Notes: a model not told the origin generated them from the sequence alone. Positions 12,562-25,840 are shown, counted from the stretch's first letter. The stretch: DNA of 64,000 nucleotides from Octopus sinensis (GCF_006345805.1 NC_042998.1:55614001-55678000); one strand, 5' to 3'. Translations and numbers: made by a program.

Positions 12562-12642
12562 GTTACTCACAACCTCCTCCATCAGTACGTTACTCGAAAC
12601 CCCCTCTATCAATATGCTACTCGAAACCTCCTACATTAAATA
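12562..12642 (+). repeat. 27-bp degenerate tandem repeat, 3 copies
   Basis: G(T/C)TACTC(A/G)..ACC.CCT units start at 12562, 12589 and 12616. Confidence 0.8.
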
Positions 12643-14042
12643 ATATTTCCCGATGAGACTTCTTAAAACGTCTGGCTAAAGTCAAAGAAAAAAAATGTCG
12701 GTAAAAGAAATGCCACAACATTTTACGTATCTTCGACAACTATTTCTTCAACATTTATACTTATTGCATTATCTTACTTACAACTACCACGTTCCTAATA
12801 TTTATATGGTAGATCAGTAGATTTATTCGAAGATTTATAAAAAAAATAATCATTTGTTGATTTTTTGTACCATGTTCTTTTCCTTTTAAAAGCAAAAAAG
12901 TTTACCGAAAACAACTCTATTGCTGTTTTCTCTCTCTTTCTCTCCTCCTCTCCCTTTCCTGCTTCTTTTAACTTTCCGTCTCTGCATTTTATGCCATTTT
13001 TATCCAGACACTCTACATTAATGAGGGTTATAATGATATGACTTAAAGGGCTAAAATCTCAAAATCAATATGATAGTCTTCGTTCTATCGAAGTAAATAT
13101 GTTCTTGAAATGAACAAGTACTTTTATCTTTTGACAAGTCAATAGAAGGAAAAATATATAAAGGTGACAGTGAATCGACTTGTATGTAGTGATAGTCAAG
13201 CACGCAAACATCTCTGTAGTAAAAGCCAGTAGCTGAAATAGATCTCATCTGATCAACATACTGATGTCGATGTAAACAGGAAATTCATTCGACAGCCATA
13301 ACTCGAGACGAACTCTTCCAACGATGGAAATACTTTTTCTCAGCAATTTCTTTACAAAATATTCTCTTTTTACTTTATGTTTTTTTCTTTCCCTGCATAC
13401 ACAAACTCGTAAACACATTAAGCCTCTTAATATCCAAAGAAAGGAAGGAGAAAGAGAGAATAAGGAAATAAAAGTATAAAAGTATAAATAAGAAATAGCA
13501 AGATGAAATGAATGATGAATTAAAACAAAAATATATTTTCCGAGAAATTTTAAATGGCGACCATCGCCATCATCGCTTGTTTTATTCCAATTAATTTCTA
13601 TGAGACAAGATTGATTATTCAATATTCTGCCACCCACTAATAATTTTCTCTAACTATTAATTTTATTCTATTCATGAGCAACAATTAACCAAGTAACCAA
13701 TTGTAATACATACGTCTGCAATAACTGTCAGTAATAACTGAAAAGAAAAAAAAAACTTGTAAATACGTTCAGAAAGTATTTTACTCTTCATTTTTTTTCC
13801 CCGTTTCTTTTTCCGTTACCCTTGCTTTCATCCGTCTCTTTGTGTTTCTGCTTGTCCCTCACTCACTCTCTCTCTCCCTCTTTCTCTCCCTCTCTCTGTC
13901 TCTCTCTCTCTCTCTCTCTCCCCTTTCGATATATGAGTGCGGGTGCATGATGTGTATGTATGTGTGTGTGTATATATACATATAGATGTAGGTACGTACA
14001 TATATGTATGTATATATGCATATGTTTTATTTATTAATTTGT

Positions 14043-14104
<62 letters not shown>

Positions 14105-14291
14105 GCATATAGCTAAACCTTTAAGGTATTGGTCAAAACGCCTTGTGATGTTCGTTTCGGCGCTCAGAGTAATTATTTCAATATGAGTCGAGGTAAATTG
14201 TTGACTTCCATTCTTTTGGATCAATAAATAAAGTCATGTTATGGAGTCGATTCTTCTATTTTCCTATATTTTATTCAGTCTATCAATCTAT

Positions 14292-14292
14292 C

Positions 14293-14351
<59 letters not shown>

Positions 14352-14362
14352 ACAGCAGCAGC

Positions 14363-14406
<44 letters not shown>
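14292..14406 (+). repeat. (TAG)n with (CAG)n interruption
   Basis: Read directly. Confidence 0.97.
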
Positions 14407-14407
<1 letters not shown>

Positions 14408-14454
14408 CTTTCAAACTTTGGAACAAGGCCGCAGATTTTGATGGAAGAATATTT

Positions 14455-14895
14455 GTCGATGGGCAACAGCAAATATTCTGCTCAGTACCATAGATGCTCG
14501 CCAGTAGTTTGACTATAACCAGTTGAGCATGTCGCTTATTGGCTGACGATATGTGCATCTCTGATCACGAACAGAAGTAGTGGGGAAGGAGCTTCATAAC
14601 TATGTGTTGAGAGGAATTATTTGGGGTTTGGATAATTCACCTTTGGAAACATGGATGTTTCGTTTAACATCCTTAAACAACCCTTATTCAGGGATCTTTT
14701 GAGTGGGATGGGCTACTCGACATAAAGAAAATACTAATTAGGCCCCACCTGGAAGGTCATGCGCTGTTTATCTTCATACGAGATTACTATGTCTTTCACG
14801 TACTCTTGTGATGCATGTGCCTGATGTACCTTTATCAGACGGGTAGGCATGATGGGTATACTGGGCTTCGTATATTTTACCCCAGTATCACTTTG
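14455..14895 (+). mobile_element. Partial copy of the ~560-bp AAT-associated element
   Basis: Colinear with 15230-15690. 3' end runs into a group B SINE. Confidence 0.85.
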
Positions 14896-15056
14896 ATTAC
14901 ATCGACCCCAGTGCGTAACTGGTACTTAATTTATCTTCCCCGAAAGGATGAAAGGCAAAGTCGACCTCGACGGAATTTGAGCTTAGAACATTACGGCAGA
15001 TGAAATACCGCTAAGCATTTCGCCCGGCGTGCTAATGATTCTGCCAGCTCGCCAAC
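14880..15056 (-). mobile_element. SINE group B
   Basis: Reverse complement of the group B consensus (GGATGAAAGGCAAAGTCGACCTCG). Confidence 0.88.
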
Positions 15057-15156
15057 TTAATAATAATAATAATAATGATGATGATGATGATGATGATATG
15101 ATGACGACGACGACGACGACAACAACAACAACAACAACAAAAATAGTAAAAATAAA

Positions 15157-15715
15157 TGACCCGATGCAGTACCAGGCTGTGGCTCTGATGGCTTCTGATC
15201 TTAACTTATTGAAAGTGTTATCATGTATATCATTTTGTCTTGGTATAAAAGATGGCTCACAGCAAATATTCTGCTCAATACCAGAGATTTGCTTGTCAGT
15301 TGTTTGGCCTTAATCAGTTGAGCATGCCCCTTAGTGGCTGACGATATGTGCATCTCTGATCCCTAGCAGAAGTAGTGGGGGGGGGAGCATCATAGCCTTG
15401 TGTTGAGAGGAATTATTTGGGGTTTGGATAATTCACCTTTGGAAACATGGGTGTTTCGTTCAACATCCATAAACAACCCTTATTCAGGGACCTTTTGAGC
15501 GGGATGAGCTACTCAACCTGAAAAAAATTCTAACTGGGTCCCACCTGGATGGTCATGCGCTGTTTATCTTGATATGAGATCACCATATTGCGCACATATG
15601 GCTGTGATGCATGTGCTTTGCGTACCCTCATCGGACGGGTAGTCATGATGGGTATACTGGGCTTCATATATTTTACCCCAGTGTCAGTTTGATGGCATGC
15701 ACTGTTTTCTCACTC

Positions 15716-15775
<60 letters not shown>
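15157..15775 (+). mobile_element. Full-length ~560-bp non-coding element with (AAT)n tail
   Basis: Starts ATGACCCGATGCAGTACCAGG and ends CTCACTC(AAT)n. Preceded by (AAT)(GAT)(GAC)(AAC) arrays. Homologous to 31954-33717 and 38606-38860. Confidence 0.85.
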
Positions 15776-15776
<1 letters not shown>

Positions 15777-17005
15777 TTTTCTTTGTTAACTACTAAGGGT
15801 TCACAAAACACACTGTGGACAGTTCAGGACAATACAGTATATATCAATATCAACATCCTGTAGCCAACGTTCTGCATTACATATCCTATATTCTAGGTCC
15901 TGCTTAAATTTTGCGTTATATGTTTATGTGTGTTCTAAATTCTATGTGTATATATGTATGTATTTGTGTGATGATACACGCCACCTTCACAGATAAATGT
16001 GTGCCTTAATGTATATGTGCATGTGTATGCATCCTTAAGCAATTGTGTATGTGCTTAGCAAATATATTTCTTAATTGGTATATTCTAATAATGAATTACC
16101 ATTCACATCCTTTCCACATTCTGTTAACATTCACCTCATTTTCCCAGTTCCAGGCCTCATATAAAAAAATAAGTTTCTCTTCCTTCCTTTCTTTTTCTCT
16201 CACTTATTTTTCCACTTTTTTCTTTCTTCCTTTTTTGCTCTTTAAACTGACTTGCTTGTTTATCCTATTATTTATTCCATTTTCATTCATAAATTCATCC
16301 CTGTACTCATCGAAATACTAACCACCATCTACGACAGATCACATTACTTAAACAATAGAAGCCAGAAGTCAACTTCATGTCCTAATACGCATTTCACTGC
16401 CTTAGTAAAAAGCCATTTCTTCCTCCAGTATAAACCAACCGAACTATTTATAATTTCATTCATAATTTCAATAAATACTGTATTTTCCGGTTTACAAGTC
16501 GGCGTAGAATATAGTTTAAACATGTAATGTAAACATTCAAACTTCGTTACTATCTTTCCGAATCCTGCTGCATTTCATATGAAACTTTTGGTCATCCAAA
16601 GTCATTTTGATATATAAATCAAACTACTTTTTTTCTTTATCCTTTTCAGCTGTAAAACTTGTCTGAATAATTCGACTTGTATGCCGGAAAACGAGGAAAC
16701 CACACCAAAACTACAAAATATACTGAGAAACTCCCATTCACTACACAAAATGTAAATTCTTGTATTTTTTTTATCCCCAAATACTTTTTCTCCCGGTACA
16801 ATTGAGACAAGATAAATGTGAATACATTTCAATGAAAATATATCTCGTTCCCAGGGATTTTACCGAAGTTGAAATTATAGATAAACAAATAAAGGGTAGA
16901 CTGAAATATGTTTATTTTTCAGAATATTTAATAAAACTTTAAAACATTCCGAATGGCGATAAACCAAAGTTGAATGGTTCTATATTTAAGAGAAGAGGAA
17001 TTATG

Positions 17006-17214
17006 TACATTATTTACAATAGACGGATATTTGTCCTCATCTTGTTTGTTGTTAACACAACGTTTCGGCTGATATACCCTTAGGAATGAGAACCCAGGTT
17101 CGAAATTTCCCCAAGACACCTGATGAAGGCTGGAGAGTATATCAGCCGAAACGTTGTGCTAACAATAAACAAGATTAGAACAAATATCCGTCAATTGTAA
17201 ATGTAAATAATGTA
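17006..17214. repeat. Imperfect inverted repeat (~72-bp arms), PLE-type terminus
   Basis: 17006-17077 is the reverse complement of 17137-17214 with a few substitutions and indels. Confidence 0.9.
17115..17160 (+). ncRNA. Minimal type I hammerhead ribozyme motif
   Basis: GACAC CTGATGA a GGCTG-gagagtatat-CAGCC GAAAC GTT/GTGCT. Stem III is reduced to the palindrome AACGTT. Stem I has a mismatch here, while the inverted arm reads GTGTT. Confidence 0.72.
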
Positions 17215-18759
17215 AGGTTGAATGGGTTTAATACAAGAAAGTAGTAAACATTTTCTTTATAGGTTGAAACATACGAAGCAGTGTAAATCTCATGAAAGAA
17301 GTCTGGATAATTTTTCACTACTTTCAAAACTCATCTGCTGCATATAAGATAACTACAAGCTCCCTAACAAAAATAATGTGATATTTTCAATGATTTTTTT
17401 CCAGTTGTGTCTAAATATATATTTATAGAAGGATAAACCAACTTCTAGCTTAGTATTATCTTTTTTTTCCTTTTTTCATTAATGTCACTCATCCTGGATA
17501 TTTTAGAACTTTTTAAGCCTGGAAATTACTTAAAACTCTGCCATCATTACTATAATGTTTATTTCACACTTAAGTTACTAAATGACAAGTAATTCGTCAG
17601 CAAACACCTGGAAGTCGCTTACTTGTTCTCCATGACTTCAGTTCGCTTTCTTTATCTTATTTCAAACTGTTATATGTTTGATGGAGATATATATTTTATT
17701 TCATTTTGTTCTTTCACTTCAGCTTAGTCAAAAAAGAAAAAAATCCCCAAAAGATAGTAATTATTAGTTAACTAGTTTATGTTATACAGTATTTCTTTTT
17801 TATGTTGAAAAGTCAGACATGGGCAAGAAAAGGCTGAGGAGGTTAAATGACGAGAAAATTGTAACTGTTTGAAATGTCAAGCAATGCTATAAAGAAACAT
17901 CATGAGATCTCTGTAAATGACGAATCGGCCTTTTTTAAAATTTTTTTTTACTGCATTAAAATTAAAGTAATTCTTTTCCTTTCTTTTTCTTTCCAAAATT
18001 TCGAATATGTACACGGAAAAGAATATTTACATGTATTGCCTTAGTTTTGAAAGATAAATTGACTTCTTGAAAAATCGTAGTCTCAAAAGTTGCTCAGTCA
18101 GTTATATGGTTAACTACTAGTAAAAGAGTTGACGGTTCGTTTTCTAGCACCGACTCTGAGTTTTATCCGTGACTTAGTACATAAAGTTTCAAACAGACAC
18201 CCATGAGTAGATGTATCGCACATCAACAAGAGCGTAAATGCTCCATTAAATATGTCATATATAAAGTAGCATTTTTGATATTGAGCATTTTTTGCTTGTT
18301 TTCTTATAACTTTGTCAGAGGAGAAAGGTTAGTCCATGACACTATTAAGGGTTTCTAATACTGTTGGGTTGAAAGGAGCAAGATGTTTCCTAACCGGAAT
18401 GTTGATCTGAATGCTTATCCCAGAATGGATCCATTAGAGAGGTCCAAGGCCCAAATAGGGGGTTTGTTAAATTAGGCGATGAATTAAATCTTACCGCACC
18501 AAAATAATAATATACCCTCTGACGAGCTTCCACACCGTGAGATTGAAACCGAAACCACAATGATGCTAGGCAAACTTCTTAATCACATAATTAAATACTG
18601 CTATGAACATGGTACGTTTCTTTGGTTTTTGCAGTCGATGCTTCAAATTCTTTTACTTATGTCGAGTAGGCAACAGAAAACCACTCCATGGTGGTGCCAC
18701 ATAAACCCTACCCCGCCAAAATCCACAAGAAGACCTGCGACTTTTTCAACGGAATAAAG

Positions 18760-19015
18760 TAAGATAAGTCAAGAACAATAGCAACAATAACGGCAACAAT
18801 AAAGATCCTTCCCGGTTTCTCCGTTTCCCTGGCGTATATAAATCCGCCTTCAGGGGACACTGCTCCATCAGAGATTTACTCATTTTTATCACCTGAGTGG
18901 ATTGGAGTAACGAGAAATGAGGTGTTTTGCTCAAGAACACAACACGCCGCTCGGTCCAGGAATCGAAACCACAATCTAACAATCATGAGTCCAACACCCT
19001 ATCCACTACGCCACG
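18760..19015 (-). mobile_element. SINE group C
   Basis: Reverse complement of head and core (GAAATGAGGTGTTTTGCTCAAGAACACAAC). Confidence 0.8.
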
Positions 19016-19159
19016 ACCACCACAACAGAAACAATAACAAATACAACAAACAAAACAACAATAACAGCAGTGTGTATTTGTATGACATTGGATTTATGGA
19101 CTGATATGTAAAAATGACAATAAGTCTCTTCTCAGTTCAATGACAGCTTCATATATATT

Positions 19160-19360
19160 TCAAATTTTGGCGCAAGACCAGCAATTGTGGGGGAGTAGGT
19201 GACTCGATTACATCGACCCCAGAGTTCACTTGGTACTTATTTTATCGACCCTGAAACTATGAAAGAAAAAGTCGACGTCGGTGGAATTTGAACTCAGAAC
19301 GTAAAGACGGATGAAATGCTGCTAAGCATGCTAACGAGTCTGTAAACCCACCGCCTTAGT
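19160..19360 (-). mobile_element. SINE group B, diverged
   Basis: AAAGTCGACGTCGGTGGAATTTGAACTCAGAACG. Confidence 0.8.
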
Positions 19361-19949
19361 GTCAGCTTCATATAAACAGCTATTGAGCAGCCCTAGTAAT
19401 TGAAGTTCCATCCACGACCATCTATTTTACATCAAGCATTGCATCGTCCAATACTGCTCTTAATTATTTTTACGGTGGTAGGTTGTGGTAGGTTGTGATT
19501 TGAGGAAAATTTGATTGGTACTTCTAGCATTTCGAATGACAGCACAAAGGCTCCCTCATTGGTTTGATATAGTCATTTGATAACAATGATGAGGCATAAT
19601 AAATCCTATCTTTAAGATAACTTCCATCTTTCTCATCCATCTAACATCTGTAAAATGAAGAGAACTGGATGCCTTAAAAATGTCATCTCAAAAGAATGAA
19701 TCAAAGCAACCGCTCTTATGATATCTCTAACTTAAATATGAACATACATCTTTTGACCCTTTTGAAGTTTAATAATCTTATTACTTTCTTTGTACTGTGT
19801 AAGACGTATAGTCGAAGAAATCGATACAATATAGATCTAAACAAAGAAAACAAAGGGATTCCTTGAAACAAAGGTCACCGAATTAGAAATTATAAAACTT
19901 CTATATCGGTTTCTCTAACTATTAAATCAAGCACTTCTTTTATATTTTG

Positions 19950-20735
<786 letters not shown>

Positions 20736-21185
20736 AATTTCCATACATGGGTCAATAAGGTTTGAAACCATGAACAATAAATAAAATTATCTGTAAATGT
20801 AAGTGGATGTTGTCACTTTCATCTGTGTTAGAAGAAAAGCCCCATAGAAAAGTACCAAACAAACACAATAACCCATTTACCCGCTCGTACACGTTGTAAC
20901 CGTTAACGTTGTAGACACTTTAAAGCATCGTAGAATGAACATCAATGTTTTCAGTTTTTAAAAATAGAAGAATATTTGGCAATAGAAAATATATGGTATT
21001 TATTGTTGTGCTTGAATGAATGCTATATTCTGTAATCACACTCGCTTAGAATCCTATTTGTGCAAACATACATACATCTATACATGCATATACAACACAA
21101 GAATACACAGACATGCACACACACAAACTCTCTCTCACCCTCACACAGACTCTTTCTCTCCCCCCTCTCTCTCCCCCCTCTCTCT

Positions 21186-21226
<41 letters not shown>

Positions 21227-21648
21227 TATATATAATGTACTGATCCGTGAAGAAAATTCAATAAAAGAGGTATTCCATCTAGTGAGGAGATAAAAATTAT
21301 TTATCTAAGGTCATAATACATGTATTAAAGCGCTATTAATAGTTTCATATGTTGAGAGAACTTAAACATACTCTTCAGGCGCAAACCACATATCATAAGG
21401 AACTAAAGATATTGAATAATAGAAGAAACGCGAAATAAACTGAGAAGGCAGCATAAAGAAAATGCAGACAGTAAACAACGGAAAACGAAAAACAGAAACT
21501 AAAAGGTCAAAAATAAAAAGGAAAAGATAAAAAAGGTAAAAGAGCTCTATTAGTGGTGTACTTGTTAGAGTGTGCTTCTTTCTGATATGTAATTTTTTAT
21601 TAACTATATACAGACATACACACACACATATATATATATCTATATATA

Positions 21649-21679
<31 letters not shown>

Positions 21680-21847
21680 ATATTAGGGAATGAATCCAAA
21701 ATTACAGGCAAAAATCAGATTTAGGGTTAAATCCAATTTTATAGTAAAATATTATATAATATAATTCGAGACAAAACCACTATTTTAAAACCAAACAAGG
21801 AAAGACTTAATCAATACATAAAATTTTAATATAAATTAAATAAACCG

Positions 21848-21890
21848 CCACTACAAATGTTTCATGTCTGCTCCGACAATCTTCAGGTGG
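21848..21890 (-). ncRNA. Type I hammerhead ribozyme (left arm)
   Basis: Minus strand reads CCAC CTGAAGA t TGTC-ggagca-GACA t GAAAC-attt-GT A/GTGG. All three stems and the core are present. Confidence 0.85.
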
Positions 21891-21952
21891 ATTTTCGATC
21901 TTCTAATCAGTATCAAATTTTGAAGTCTGATACTGATTAGAAGATCGAAAAT

Positions 21953-21995
21953 CCACCTGAAGATTGTCGGAGCAGATATGAAACATTTGTAGTGG
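21953..21995 (+). ncRNA. Type I hammerhead ribozyme (right arm)
   Basis: CCAC CTGAAGA t TGTC-ggagca-GATA t GAAAC-attt-GT A/GTGG. The single arm mismatch converts a G-C pair to G-U in stem II. Predicted cleavage after 21991. Confidence 0.83.
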
Positions 21996-22089
21996 CGGTT
22001 TATTTAATTTATATTAAAATTTTATGTATTGATTAAGTCTTTCCTTGTTTGGTTTTAAAATAGTGGTTTTGTCTCGAATTATATTATAT

Positions 22090-22123
<34 letters not shown>

Positions 22124-22144
22124 ACACTCACACACACAAAATAT

Positions 22145-22365
22145 TAAGGTGGAGCGCTGACAGACTCATTTGCACGCCGGAGAGAATGCTTAGCAGCATT
22201 TCTTCCGTCATTACGTTCTGAGTTCAAATTCCGCTGAGGTCAACTTTGCCTTTCATCATTTCAGGGTAGGTAAAATAAGTAACAGTTGAGTACTGGGGTC
22301 GATGTAATTGACTTTTACTATATTCCCGAAATTGCTAGCCTTGTGCTGGAATTTGAAACCAGTAT
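22145..22365 (+). mobile_element. SINE group B
   Basis: GTTCTGAGTTCAAATTCCGCTGAGGTCAACTTTGCC. Confidence 0.85.
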
Positions 22366-22399
22366 AATGTGTGGGTGTGTGGGTGTGTGTGTGTGTCTG

Positions 22400-24130
22400 C
22401 GTGTGTATCTCCCTTTCATCCAACCTCTTTTTTTTATTATCTCCCTTTCTTTCAACCTCTGTTTTTTTCCAATCAGTTGCCGTGTTGGACCGCTGAACTC
22501 TACAAGTTTTTTTTCATTCTCTCTCTGTTTATTTTTTCTTTTTCATTTCTGCTGAAGAGCATAGGCTCGAAACGTAAACAACTTTTTCATTTTTCCCGAG
22601 CATCAAATTAATACACTTGCTTTTTGTTCATACACCTATCTTCGTTTTTGGTTTTTCTATAAATTTCAACTAAACATTGTACGCTCACGTGTTTACCTCA
22701 GTTTGGACTTGCATATCTGAACCACCTTCCGAACTTTCAGCACTTCTCCTCATGGACGTTTTCTTTGATGTAATTCACTCCAATCTACCACGACTTTTGA
22801 ACTTTTTGAACGTTCTGAACTTTTATGTTCTGTGCGCTAATACTTGTCCATTCTCTCTCCTTTTTTACTTTTCCATCTTTTTTCTCCTTTAACTCCTTTT
22901 CCCCTTTTTTCACCTTTTTCTAGCATGCCTAATTACAAATCCTTCCTCCTCCACCTTCATCACCACCTAAAGAAACACCTTTCCACGCTTCCTTTCCGCT
23001 GCTTTCAACCTTCTTTACATCTTTCCCTACTAATTTTTAAAAAACACACTTCTATAGTTATATTTCCTTTCTCAGTCGCTGCTTCCGCTAACAACTCATC
23101 TCCAAAAATTTCCGCCTCTATTTCCACCCCACTTACCATTCTGCCTCTGCCATCCTACCCATGCTCCGCACAACTTCCTACCGCCTTATGCGTATCACCA
23201 TTCGTTCTAATCCCTCTAAAATGTACACCCTCAATCGCCTTCTCCTCGCTTATTTCAGCTTTTTTCTCCTGCTGCTCACCATCCGTTGCACATTCCACCT
23301 TACGCTTCATTCTGCATCTAAACCCCATTTTCCATTACTTTCTCCTTCGTACTAAACAATATAAGCTCTACTTACTCTTTCAACTTTTCCCACCCGATAC
23401 CACTGCACTCACCCCTCCGATATCCCCTCCATCGCGATCCACCCCTCATCCTCACTTCCACTCTTTCATTACTCAACCCTCCATGCACTACTTCCTCCTC
23501 TCTCTCGTCCCACAACCTTCCACTGCCTCCACAGCCCCTCCCACTTCTAACTCCTCCTCCTTCCCACTTCAGACTGTTGTTACCATTCCCCCTGATCTTC
23601 CCCTCTCTGAGGCGGAGCACTCTCTGCTCAGTAAGAGTCTGCGTTTCATCCCCTTCACTCAACTAAGTAACGAGTTTCAGACCCGTGCTGATATTCATGG
23701 CTTTGTGCGTTGCATCAGGCTACATGCACCATTCCACAACACTCCACCTGCATCTAATGAAGAGGATTGCTTCACCGACCTGGGCCACCGACTAGCCCAC
23801 TGGACGCCAGTTCCAAACAACTGATTATTTTTCAAGCGTCTTTCAATGTGTTGCAGTTCAACTTTCGCAGGCGTACCCGACATTTCAACATCTCCCCATC
23901 CGAACACTCGGCTCTTCGATGACTCCGACGCCGCAAGGATATCATTATAAAACTGGCCGACAAGGGTGAAGCTGTGGTTGTGTGGCGCGCAGACCTTTAC
24001 AAGGCTGAAGATCTCCGCCAACTTCAAGACACTTCATTCTATTGCCCTTTTCCTTAAAACCCCACGCCTAACTGCCAACAGACTATGTCCTCCACTATTC
24101 AAGACCTCATTTCCCCCTCCCGTCTCCCTG
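22400..24130 (+). mobile_element. Penelope-like element (Neptune-like): pLTR plus degenerate N-terminal ORF, truncated before the RT core
   Basis: LSEAEHSLLSKSLRFIP (23603-23653). DIIIKLADKGEAVVVWRADLYKAEDLRQLQDTSFY (from ~23938). Upstream pLTR-like part has an EN-end trace and a degenerate hammerhead at 22549-22576. Confidence 0.82.
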
Positions 24131-24159
24131 CCATCGTCTCTCTCCTCGTTTGTCCAGAG

Positions 24160-24345
24160 AGGACAAACAAGGACAGACAAACGGATTAAGTCGATTATAT
24201 CGACCCCAGTACTTATTTAATCGACCTCGAAAGGATGAAAGGCAAAGTCGACCTCGGCAGAATTTGAACTCAGAACGTAGCGGCAGACGAATTACCGCTA
24301 AGCATTTCGCCCGGTGTGCTAACGATTCTGCCAGCTCGCTGCCCT
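24160..24345 (-). mobile_element. SINE group B
   Basis: Close to consensus, reverse orientation. Confidence 0.9.
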
Positions 24346-24699
24346 AAGTATTTCTCTTAATGTCAGTATATCAGTTGGTTGGATTGAAAACAAGGGGAGA
24401 TCCAAGTTCTGTGCACCCAACGATCAGCTGACGCACGTGTGAGTGTATGTGTGTGTATGTGCGTGTATGCGTGTGTGCGAGCGTGCGTGTATGCGGATGT
24501 GTGTGTGTGTGTGTGTGTGTGTGTGTTGCATATATTCATTTTATGTAAACATGCTTAAATCCTATATGTACATTTGATAAAGTGCATAAATAATCTGTGT
24601 AGTTGATATCTCTGTACATGATAGTTACACCGCATGTTTATATGCCATGTCTGTTGAAAAGTAAGATCACATTGTTAGAAAATGGTATCACAGAAAAAA

Positions 24700-24755
<56 letters not shown>

Positions 24756-25399
24756 GTAGTAGTAATAATAGTAGAATTAGAACAGACTGGTTGACAGCTC
24801 TTTCCGTTTTCTAGATTTCATCATGTTTATTTAAACACAATAACGCACTGAAGGACTTCAAATTAGCAAAAATAAAAGCTGCTTTTCTTCTGCATCCTTT
24901 TAGAGAGCAACGCGGCAATAATTATTATATGAATTGGGTGAAATGTTGATTTTTTACACATTAAATCTGTAGTCTTAGTCCTCACCCTGTTGACCTTGAA
25001 TGTAATGCAACAATAATTTTTGTGTATTATAAAAGATTAGATTTATTTAACCTATAGCACCGTGCAAATAGTTGGGGGATCTGAGTTTGAAATAAAAATG
25101 AATGACTAGGAAGCGATCCGTCATTATCTTAAATTGGTCTGCATCTTCTATTGACCTCCCCCCTCAATACAGCCCCTCCCCCACACACATACACGCGCAC
25201 ACACACACACACAGATGTTCTTGCATTTTTTTCTATTATCGATTAGATATTGTTTATATACCTAACTTAGTTATTTTACTGATAGCTTTTGAGTTACATT
25301 AATGATATACTCAAACCACACATACACTCACACACTCATGCACACACTCATACATACACATACATATACACACACATACATCTTTTACACATATACATA

Positions 25400-25840
25400 A
25401 CGTTTTACGTATTTCTTTCATTGGACTGCAGCCATTCTGGAGCACCCTCTTGAAGAATTTTTAGACGAAAATCTCGAATCCAGTATTTATCTTTTAGACT
25501 CTGGTATTTATTCCATCGGTTTCTTTTGCCGAACCGTTCACTAAAGAGGACATAAATAAACCGACACAAGTTGTGAAGGATGAAAGGCAAAGTCGACCTC
25601 GGCGGAATTTGAACAACTCAGAACATAGCGACAGACGAAATATGTGGGGACGAACGCAAAGACACACATATACACACACATAAGACAAGTTTCTCTGTTT
25701 CCGCCCACCGAATCCACTGACAAAACTTTGGTCTGCTTGTGGCTGTAGTAGAAGACACTTGCCCAAGGTGCCACGCAGAGGGACTGAACCCGGAACCATG
25801 TGGTTGGGAAGCAAGCTTCTTACCATGCAGTCATACCTCT
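25400..25840 (-). mobile_element. SINE group A with an internal group B fragment (~25575-25645)
   Basis: Head GGTTCAGTCCCTCTGCGTGGCACCTTGGGCAAG and tail on the minus strand. Confidence 0.8.

Larger units (their letters stand above)
21754..22089. repeat. Near-perfect palindrome, ~162-bp arms, 12-nt spacer, flanked by (TA)n
   Basis: 21754-21915 is the reverse complement of 21928-22089. One mismatch seen (GACAT vs GATAT). Confidence 0.95.

Noticed and set aside
12648-12676. CCGATGAG...AAAACGTC hammerhead-like remnant
   Set aside because: Both core segments are mutated.
13051-13637. Two ORFs overlapping at ATGA, resembling translational coupling
   Set aside because: Eukaryotic context, non-ATG start, low-complexity middle and no recognisable domain.
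18519-18556. CTGACGA...GAAAC motif
   Set aside because: No credible stem II, stem III or cleavage triplet.
22844-23824. 326-aa ORF, among the longest in the track
   Set aside because: Pyrimidine-rich, stop-poor PLE leader. Only its last ~75 aa are in the PLE frame, so it is not a host gene.
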